From IMG/VR virus record IMGVR_UViG_3300010346_002920, positions 3,886 through 67,885 of that record: a stretch of DNA of 64,000 bases, one strand, 5' to 3'. A program made the translations under genes and the position numbers. Origin of the DNA: a virus. Its lineage: Duplodnaviria; Caudoviricetes. Below, piece after piece: positions 19,701-25,931 of the stretch. Positions within the stretch are counted from its first letter, which is position 1; each line of letters begins with the position of its first letter. A model generated the notes under the pieces. That model was not told where the DNA came from. It made no database searches and worked only from the letters and a program-made list of their open reading frames with translations.

Positions 19701-19982
19701 AATCCCGAAGGCGAGCTTGGGCCCCGGCACCTCCACACGCTGCCGAATCGGGTGATTCCGGCGTTCGACCCGTCGAACCTGGACCATATGGAGGTCCGCA
19801 GCCTTGCCGAGCAGCTTGCCGGTTTGGCCGGCCCGCTGATTGCCGCCGATCAGAACATCGCCGACCCAAGCAAACCCATCGCAGCACGTCGACGCCGGTT
19901 GCGGAACAAACTGAAGGAACTGGTCGAGTTCAGTGCGTTGGAAGATGTGGCCAGCGCCGTACTGGGAACGTCCAGCGAATAG
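16770..19982 (+). CDS. type IIG-like fused restriction-modification enzyme (endonuclease-MTase-TRD)
   Basis: N-terminal PD-(D/E)XK-like FIDTLVRSTVIEYE, GQEWTPQWIA, DMCCGSGS, NPPW, and a TRD-like C-terminus. Confidence 0.75.
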   Translation: MPGRMESAKQMISRCRRLRDEGRPEAVLRSELASRLRQVFPGPEDQLWIDHYTEGEEAATRVGRSGGGTSQGFIDTLVRSTVIEYEPDLRIEARWNGGYQQVKEYAAGALRAGMAVSQVRGVLSDTVDWHVYDVQLADGVAPADCTDGDVTLLDVESFQAEAADDDTARRFLAFLKKHLAREQSRSVAADFIAGDLGLESAAHGRHVASLVQLVEDGRSSDDSIALATDLWSRFVDYLEHDEGEFRVSAYVDEAYVAILARLLCANILQQQACLSTDAELGNILSGQYFETEFQLRNMVEQDYFGWMLRREHLPRLMPVAREMQRDLYAYDFSVIREEDLFGRLMAQLARRTQRKLLGQEWTPQWIARALADKAVSLVGDEPPCFVDMCCGSGSIMAEVIKAAKAARSSAALEELATVVTGFDIDPLAVMLAKTTWVVTLAADIRASTVPVTVPVYHADSLFAVTPITERMPLPGEAGDIPVDLDGERITLPSVLVTPAFRSMFDDIVDWCYDEARKAQDDGDATAITRERANQLVTALVERGGHELPAEDKTKIAASVHELAARMGQLAVDNRNGIWAFILRNTYRPGLLAGQFNGLVSNPPWLAMSQFADNPYKEALSSRASAYGIKPGGAAHLHAELATTHLLHAVDRYLKDGASVACLVPGTVLNGMNHQKLRDAAYLEADRPVPLELQEVWGVAPGTFKVRSVALIGVKRASERRVARSAPAGAVATASAVQPTPLTVRNLGRRSAWVLGGSASSATFGTDEVPPQGADLMPRPAVCITVEDRRGLEWRVRTPRRRDSEFFAVKDAKKLQTQSFGGCIAPCFVHRMVQSLNLLPFTLDGNFVQIGIPARRDDHGQWEIMDAAAIRTAGFAQTARRFQRIDRAMTDADVVKPLHEKIDERRKLSLQVFPPNRYLVLNGAGGGVACAAKLSLAELPDIVVDQTLYWTLVATLDEAWYRVGLINTDALTQAIREFNPEGELGPRHLHTLPNRVIPAFDPSNLDHMEVRSLAEQLAGLAGPLIAADQNIADPSKPIAARRRRLRNKLKELVEFSALEDVASAVLGTSSE

Positions 19983-20162
19983 GACATGACACAGCGAAAC
20001 GTGGAAGCAGGGCCTTGACAAGAACCATACAAATACCGAACATTATCGACGAGATCGCTTGGGCCAGCGGAGGCCCAAGCGGGGAACTCTTCATCTGTGA
20101 GCAGGTAGAGACACCACGTCCAACGCTGGCGTGCCAACGGTTACCTGCGGGAGACCGTTGAT

Positions 20163-22055
20163 ATGCCATCCTCTGACTCCACAGAAACTGGGAAGTCTCA
20201 CCAACTGAAGTCCGTCTCGGTCGTGGGCGGGTTCCTCGACGGGCAGCGTTTCGACCTGTCCGACGGGCTGAACTGCGTCATCGGGGCACGGGGCACCGGC
20301 AAGACGACGGTGCTGGAGTTCGTCCGCTACGCGATGGATGCGATGCCGACGGACGGCGCAGCCCGCAAACGGGTCGAGTCCCTGGTGGAGCAGAACCTCG
20401 CCGGCGGGCGGGTCGAGGTCGCGGTTCGCACCAAGGACGGCCTGGCTTACACCGTCAGCCGGTCGGCGGGTGACGATCCCGTGGTGCTGGACGAGATCCG
20501 CAACCCGACCGACATCAGCCTGCGCAGCGGCGGGCTGTTCAAGGTGGACATCTTCAGCCAGAACGAGGTCGAGGCCATCGCCGACCAGGCCAGCTCGCAG
20601 CTCGACCTGATCGACAACTTCGAGGCCGACCGGATCGCCGGCATCGAGCATCGCATCCGCACACTCAAGGCGGACCTGGCCGGCAACGCCAGCAAGATCA
20701 CCCCGCTCCAGCAGAAAGCCGACTCCATCGCCGAGGAGCTGAACGCGCTGCCTGGGCTGAACGAGAAGCTCAAGGCGTTTACGGCAGAGGGTGGTGACGA
20801 CGCGGCTGCCATCAATCAGGCCCACGGCCTCAAGGCCCTCCGGGACCGTGAGCGGCGTGCGGTCGGCGCGACGAACGACCTGCTGGCTGAGCTCTACCGG
20901 GCCATTGACGGCTGCGCCGGGCACATCGGCCAGCGGCTGGCGACCATCTTCACCGAGGACATGCTCAAGGGCCCCAACGGCGCGCTGGTCGAAGAATTGC
21001 GCCTGGGTCTCCAGACTTGCTCTGACGACGTGGATCGCCTGCTCCGTGACGCTCTGGAACGGATTCGGGCCGAAGGCGAGACGGTCGCGGCTAAGGCGGG
21101 CAAGCTCGATCTGGCGCACAAACAGCAGGAGCTCAAGTTCCAGGAACTCCTGGAGAAGCACAAGGAGGCCCAGGGCAAGGCCGCCGAGCGACACCGCCTG
21201 GAGAAGCTCCGCAACGACCTGATGGCCAAGCAGCGCGAACGGGATCAACTGCTGGAGCAGTTGAAGGCCCTGCGGGACGAGCGGGCACGGCTGCTGCGGC
21301 AGCTCTCGGAGCTTCGGGACGAGCGATTCGGCATTCGCCAGGGCATCGTGGACCGGATCAACGCGGCCCTCTCGCCCACGATCAAGGTGTCGATCATTCA
21401 GTTCGGCAATCCCGAGGAATACCGGGCGCTTCTGGAAGAGGCCCTGAAGGACAACCGCCTCCGCCGCAACGTCGTGGCCGCCAAGGTCGTCAACGCCTTC
21501 TGGCCGGCCGAGCTCGCTGAGGTGGTCAAGCAACGGGACGCGCAGGCTCTGATCGACAAGGCCGAGCTGAACGCCGACCAGGCCGACAAGGTCATGGCGG
21601 CGATGGTCGGTTCGCAGGTGCTCTTCGACTTGGAGACCATTGAACTGATCGACCTGCCGAAGATCGAGTTGAACGATAACGGCACGCTCAAGGAGACCAC
21701 ATCGCTTTCGACCGGTCAGAAATGCACCACGATCCTGCCCATCCTGCTGCTGGACAGCGAGAACCCGCTGCTGATCGATCAGCCCGAGGACAACCTGGAC
21801 AACCGGTTCGTGTTTGAGACCATCGTCGAGAGCATCGGCAAGATCAAGCAGCGGCGGCAGTTGATCTTCGTGACGCACAACCCGAACATCCCGGTTCTTG
21901 GAGACGCCGACAAGGTGTTCGTGCTGGACTCCGACGGTACAACGGCCCGGAAGGTGAGCGAGGGCACCGTCGACCACTGCAAGGACCACATCGTAACGCT
22001 GCTCGAAGGCGGCGCGGACGCTTTCAAGCGCAGAAAGGCGCGGTACTCGTACTGA
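20163..22055 (+). CDS. SMC/RecN-like ABC-type ATPase with central coiled coil
   Basis: Walker A NCVIGARGTGKTT, signature LSTGQK, Walker B/D-loop LLIDQPEDNLD, H-loop VTHN. Confidence 0.9.
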   Translation: MPSSDSTETGKSHQLKSVSVVGGFLDGQRFDLSDGLNCVIGARGTGKTTVLEFVRYAMDAMPTDGAARKRVESLVEQNLAGGRVEVAVRTKDGLAYTVSRSAGDDPVVLDEIRNPTDISLRSGGLFKVDIFSQNEVEAIADQASSQLDLIDNFEADRIAGIEHRIRTLKADLAGNASKITPLQQKADSIAEELNALPGLNEKLKAFTAEGGDDAAAINQAHGLKALRDRERRAVGATNDLLAELYRAIDGCAGHIGQRLATIFTEDMLKGPNGALVEELRLGLQTCSDDVDRLLRDALERIRAEGETVAAKAGKLDLAHKQQELKFQELLEKHKEAQGKAAERHRLEKLRNDLMAKQRERDQLLEQLKALRDERARLLRQLSELRDERFGIRQGIVDRINAALSPTIKVSIIQFGNPEEYRALLEEALKDNRLRRNVVAAKVVNAFWPAELAEVVKQRDAQALIDKAELNADQADKVMAAMVGSQVLFDLETIELIDLPKIELNDNGTLKETTSLSTGQKCTTILPILLLDSENPLLIDQPEDNLDNRFVFETIVESIGKIKQRRQLIFVTHNPNIPVLGDADKVFVLDSDGTTARKVSEGTVDHCKDHIVTLLEGGADAFKRRKARYSY

Positions 22056-22056
22056 C

Positions 22057-23217
22057 ATGGCGGACGATTCGGCACAGCCTGATTTGGCGCAGCTGACGGC
22101 CCAACTCCAACAGGACCGCGAAGCTCTGGATTGGCCGCTACGGCGCGACCTGGTCAAGACGGTCGCCGAACAGCTTTCGCAGGTTGGCCCGACGGAGACG
22201 GCGCTGTCGCTGCTACTTGTCCTGGCCGAAGACCCCAAGTGGGAGGTCCGCAAGGACGTGGCGGACTGCCTTGTGCTCGTGCCGGATGATGATTTTCCTC
22301 GCCTGGCAGCCAAGCTGTCCCAAGACTCCAACTTGTTCGTGCTGAAGGCGACGGAGCGGGCGCTGGATCGCCGCCGTCGGGGACAGCAGACGGCCCAGAA
22401 GAAGCGACGCGGCTTGGATCAGGTCGGGGATCAGTACGCCAACATCGAGAAGATGCACGGCACCATCGCCGCCGAGAAGGCACGCCAGATGGCCGAGCGG
22501 CTTTATGACGTGCTCGTCGGGGCGACCGTCCACGACATGCGGAACATCCTGGGGCCGCTGAAGTCGAGCATTTCGGCGCTGCTGGGACACATAGGCGATG
22601 GCGGGATCGATCCCAAGCTGTTTGAGAAGAACCTGACGAAGATGGGGCACCAGGCCGAGATGCTGGAGCGGCTGCTGGAGGACATGCGGGCGTACTCGCA
22701 GCCGACGCCGGCGGATCGCCGGCGCGAACGACTGGTCGACGTGGTCAAGGAGGCCCACGTCATGGTGCTGGACGCGTTCCAGGCGACGGGGCGCGACCCG
22801 AGTCGAGTCCAGGTCAAGATTGACGTCCCGGAGAACCTGACGGCCGAGATGTCGCGGCACCAGATCGTTCGGGCGGTCGGCAACGTGATGAAGAACGCCT
22901 ACGAGGCCTTCGCCAACGATCCGCAGACGTTTGCCGATGGCCAGGTGTTCCTGACGGCCAAGGCGCTGGACGGTGAGCGGGTCGAGGTTGTCGTGGTGGA
23001 CAACGGCATGGGGCTGTCGGGCGAGGAACTCGAAGAGGTCAGGCGGTTCGTGCCGGGAGGCACGTCGAAGAAGACGCACGGGACGGGCTTCGGCCTGCCG
23101 ATCGCCAAGCGGAAGATCGAGGACCACGGCGGCTCCTTGGCCATCGACAGCGAGGAGGACAAAGGAACCACGGTCACGATCACGTTGCCGGTGGAGACGG
23201 GGAGGGGCAGTGAATGA
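22057..23217 (+). CDS. cytoplasmic histidine kinase with N-terminal HEAT repeats
   Basis: HEAT-like LAEDPKWEVRKDVADCL, H-box VHDMRN, N-box NVMKNAYEA, DNGMG, GTGFGL. No TM segment. Confidence 0.88.
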   Translation: MADDSAQPDLAQLTAQLQQDREALDWPLRRDLVKTVAEQLSQVGPTETALSLLLVLAEDPKWEVRKDVADCLVLVPDDDFPRLAAKLSQDSNLFVLKATERALDRRRRGQQTAQKKRRGLDQVGDQYANIEKMHGTIAAEKARQMAERLYDVLVGATVHDMRNILGPLKSSISALLGHIGDGGIDPKLFEKNLTKMGHQAEMLERLLEDMRAYSQPTPADRRRERLVDVVKEAHVMVLDAFQATGRDPSRVQVKIDVPENLTAEMSRHQIVRAVGNVMKNAYEAFANDPQTFADGQVFLTAKALDGERVEVVVVDNGMGLSGEELEEVRRFVPGGTSKKTHGTGFGLPIAKRKIEDHGGSLAIDSEEDKGTTVTITLPVETGRGSE

Positions 23218-24341
23218 AGTACCACGCGCTCGTCATCGACGATAGTTCAGATGTGCTCGACGACGTGAAGGACCGTCTGGAATCCCTCGGCCATTCGTGC
23301 GACTGCGTGACCTGCCTCCAGTGCGCCCGCGACCATCTGGCCAAGAACAGCTACTCGTACATCCTGCTTGACCTGGAGATTCCGGTCCGGTACGGCCGGC
23401 CGTCGCGCATCGCCAACGGCCAGAACCTGCTGCGGGAGATTCGCGCCACGAAGGGCTACGAGCACATCCCGATCATCGTGATGACCTCGCACGGCCACGA
23501 CAGCCCGGACCTGGCCATCGAGGTGCTGCGCGGTAACGGGGCCATCGACTATGTGAAAAAGCCCTTTCCGGACAAGGGCCACACGCTCGAGAAGGCGGTG
23601 CAGGACGCCTTGGACGCCAGCGGCCGCTCGCGTCCGGGGGCCAACCACCTGTCGAAGGCGTCCAAGACGCAGCCTGTCCAGGCGTTTGAGTGCGGGGAGA
23701 TGGTCTTCTCCGATGATCGTGTCGAGCTGTGCGAGGTGAAGATCTGCGGCGGGTCGGAGTGCGGGATGATCCGCCGCATTCTGGACGAGCTGCGTCCGGT
23801 GAACTCCCGCGGGACCTTCGTGGCCTACAGCGGCACGGAGCTGGCCAAGCGGGTGAAGTGCCCGGCAGGCCAGAACGGTGTGGCCGGCGCTGTCCGCGAG
23901 TTCCGCAAGAAGACAGTCGAGCTGCTGCTCGATGAGGCGCGCATCCAGTGCGGTCCGCGCGACATCATCCAGAGCGGCGGACGGGGCTACCGCTTCACCG
24001 AGAAGATCAGCGTTCGGGACGCCAATGATGATCCCGTAAACGGCAATGGTGATCCCGTAAATGATCCCGAAGGCCCGGCAGATGATCCTGTAAACGGGCG
24101 ACATGATCCCGTAACCGGCGCTGTCACAGACGATGGTCTCAGCGACCGCCAGCTTTGGGCGCTCAGCCAGATGCGTGCGGGCAAGCCGGTTCGCGTCGGC
24201 GACATCGCTGACCAGCACAAGTGCTCCAAAGTGACGGCCAAGCGGGACCTCACCGACCTCCGCCAGCGCGGGCTCATCGAATTCACCGGCCCGCCCAAGA
24301 CCGGCCACTGGCGGGCGTTGCGCGGGAGGGATGGGCAGTGA
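23214..24341 (+). CDS. response regulator: REC, winged helix, DPVN repeats, DeoR-like HTH
   Basis: LVIDD, LLDLEIP, MTSH, YVKKPF; SGGRGYRF; KVTAKRDLTDLRQRGLIEFTG. ATGA overlap with the kinase gene. Confidence 0.88.
   Translation: MKYHALVIDDSSDVLDDVKDRLESLGHSCDCVTCLQCARDHLAKNSYSYILLDLEIPVRYGRPSRIANGQNLLREIRATKGYEHIPIIVMTSHGHDSPDLAIEVLRGNGAIDYVKKPFPDKGHTLEKAVQDALDASGRSRPGANHLSKASKTQPVQAFECGEMVFSDDRVELCEVKICGGSECGMIRRILDELRPVNSRGTFVAYSGTELAKRVKCPAGQNGVAGAVREFRKKTVELLLDEARIQCGPRDIIQSGGRGYRFTEKISVRDANDDPVNGNGDPVNDPEGPADDPVNGRHDPVTGAVTDDGLSDRQLWALSQMRAGKPVRVGDIADQHKCSKVTAKRDLTDLRQRGLIEFTGPPKTGHWRALRGRDGQ
24027..24118 (+). repeat. short coding tandem repeats (GATCCCGTAAA-like; DPVN)
   Basis: About five imperfect copies inside the response regulator linker. 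Confidence 0.8.
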
Positions 24342-25120
24342 AGTTCACCCACTACGACCTTGGGCACCTTTCCGGCGGGGAAACCGTCGAGATCGAGCTT
24401 TCCGGCAATGCAGCCAACGTCCGCCTCATGGACAGCTCCGACTTCCAGAACTATCGCTCCGGCAGACGCCATCACTACTACGGCGGACTCGCGCAGCGCT
24501 CACCTGTCAGGCTTCACGTCCCGCACTCCGGCCATTGGCATGTGACCGTTGATCTGGTGGGCCTGCGCGGCTCTGTGCGATCCGGCATCCGGATCGTGCC
24601 GGGGCCTCTGCCGGCGATCCGTGAAGCGCCACTTTCATCCATCCCTTCACTCGTGCAGGGTGCAGGAGGTCACCCGGGGCTTGCCCCCGAAGATGACGAC
24701 CAGCGAGAGTTCGATGTCTTCATCTCGCACGCTTCCGAGGACAAGGATGACGTCGTAAGGCCCCTGGCTGTTGCGTTGCAGGGAAGTGGCTTGGCGGTCT
24801 GGTACGACGAGTTTGAGCTCCGGATTGGCGACAGCCTTAGGCGGAAGATTGACAAGGGGTTGGCGAAGAGTCGGTTCGGCGTGGTCGTGCTCTCTCAGGC
24901 CTTCCTTGGAAAAGGCTGGCCGAACTACGAACTGGATGGGCTGGTCACCAGAGCAGTGACCGGCGAACAGATACTGCTTCCTGTTTGGCACAAGATATCG
25001 AAGCAAGAGGTGATGGCCTACAGCCCATCGCTCGCCGACAAACTTGCCCGGAGTACGTCAACACACACCGTCCAAGAGATCGCCGAGGAAATCGTCCAAG
25101 TAATCAAGGGGCAACCATGA
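24338..25120 (+). CDS. DUF1883-TIR domain protein
   Basis: N-terminal FTHYDLG...NAANVRLMDSSDFQNY (DUF1883-like). TIR_2 FDVFISHASEDKD...VWYDEF...WPNYELDGL with the catalytic-position Glu. GTGA overlap with the RR gene. Confidence 0.88.
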   Translation: MKFTHYDLGHLSGGETVEIELSGNAANVRLMDSSDFQNYRSGRRHHYYGGLAQRSPVRLHVPHSGHWHVTVDLVGLRGSVRSGIRIVPGPLPAIREAPLSSIPSLVQGAGGHPGLAPEDDDQREFDVFISHASEDKDDVVRPLAVALQGSGLAVWYDEFELRIGDSLRRKIDKGLAKSRFGVVVLSQAFLGKGWPNYELDGLVTRAVTGEQILLPVWHKISKQEVMAYSPSLADKLARSTSTHTVQEIAEEIVQVIKGQP

Positions 25121-25443
25121 GCGAAGAAGATGCCATTGTCGAGTTCGTGGGCGGACCCTACGACGGCCATGTCGCCGACACGCGTGATCAGGACCACATG
25201 TCCGCGACCCTTGCCCAGTTCATCTGCCTTGCGACCGATCATGGCAAGCAGGCCGGAAAGGTCGTGCAGGGATACTCGCCGGCGGGTATGGACGCCATCG
25301 CCAACGAAACATTCCGGGGAGAAGCGAATGAGCGGGGCTTCCGCTTCAACCACAAGTACCGGGTCGCCGGGCGTTCATTTGCTGAAGGCAGGCTGAGAAT
25401 CAGAATGGAACACGCTGGTGATGACAGCGGCGAAGGGCTTTGA
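25117..25443 (+). CDS. hypothetical protein
   Basis: ATGA overlap with the TIR gene; 108 aa beginning VEFVGGPYDG. Confidence 0.6.
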   Translation: MSEEDAIVEFVGGPYDGHVADTRDQDHMSATLAQFICLATDHGKQAGKVVQGYSPAGMDAIANETFRGEANERGFRFNHKYRVAGRSFAEGRLRIRMEHAGDDSGEGL

Positions 25444-25572
25444 GCCGAGGCGTTCATGCCAGTCAGGCTGATTGGCGCAGGATGTTGCCAGCCCGCAGGA
25501 CATACGGGTCTGGCGGCTGGAGAAACACCTGAACGTACGGCCCAATCGTCTCGGACGGTTCAAGGTTCCGCC

Positions 25573-25586
25573 AGTCGCCCCGACTT
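25573..25586 (+). repeat. tRNA 3'-end core repeat AGTCGCCCCGACTT (candidate att of the left element)
   Basis: Identical 14-mer at 25921-25934. Confidence 0.7.
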
Positions 25587-25590
25587 CAAG

Positions 25591-25614
25591 AGCCCCGCGA
25601 AAGCGGGGCTTTTT
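25591..25614 (+). terminator. intrinsic terminator
   Basis: AGCCCCGC-GAAA-GCGGGGCT followed by TTTT. Confidence 0.9.
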
Positions 25615-25616
25615 CG

Positions 25617-25886
25617 TTGCTGGAGACGGTCGTGTTTCACGTGTACATTCTTCGGAGCCTTCGAAACGGGAAGTTGTACGTGGGGCATACGGACGACGTT
25701 CGGCGACGCCTCGCGGAGCACAACTCCGGCCGGGGCGGCCGGTTCACCCGCCAGCAAGGCCCGTGGGAACTGCTTCACAGCGAGCCGCATCCGGACCGGT
25801 CGTCTGCCGCCCAGCGCGAACAGTACCTCAAGAGTGTCGCTGGCTCCCGAGAGAAGAAAGCCCTGGCGGGCGGGCAGCTTGGCTAG
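25617..25886 (+). CDS. small GIY-YIG nuclease
   Basis: FHVYILRSLRNGKLYVGHTDDVRRRLAEHN...AAQREQYLK. The start could be GTG 25632. Confidence 0.9.
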   Translation: MLETVVFHVYILRSLRNGKLYVGHTDDVRRRLAEHNSGRGGRFTRQQGPWELLHSEPHPDRSSAAQREQYLKSVAGSREKKALAGGQLG

Positions 25887-25931
25887 AGCGTCCCGACGGG
25901 AAGGTCGCTAGTTCAAATCTAGTCGCCCCGA
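25867..25931 (+). pseudogene. degenerate tRNA-Pro-like gene lacking its anticodon loop
   Basis: D-loop AGCTTGGCTAGAGCG; anticodon stem TCCCG/CGGGA separated by a single A; AGGTC; T-arm GCTAG-TTCAAAT-CTAGT; acceptor 3' strand CGCCCCG-A. Pro identity is inferred from the acceptor stem only. Confidence 0.75.

Noticed and set aside
20015-20046. Promoter for the ATPase operon (TTGACA at 20015)
   Set aside because: No good -10 element at 16-18 nt spacing, so it is not listed as a feature.
12808-22055. BREX, DISARM or Ppl assignment
   Set aside because: No PglZ, BrxC, helicase or PHP domain is seen; the ATPase begins directly at the Walker A region.
20091-22331. 746-aa minus-strand ORF, and similar long antisense ORFs at 26087-27514, 45959-47320, 47349-49448 and 57872-59542
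   Set aside because: They are shadow frames of motif-bearing genes in high-GC DNA and have no recognisable motifs.
24027-24118. Short repeats resembling a mini CRISPR array
   Set aside because: They are in-frame coding repeats of irregular length inside the response regulator, and no cas genes are present.
25500-25590. Possible tRNA-Sec or intact tRNA (GGCGGCTGGA..., GGTTCAAG)
   Set aside because: It cannot be folded into a cloverleaf. Only the 3' core and one 7-bp stem are supported.
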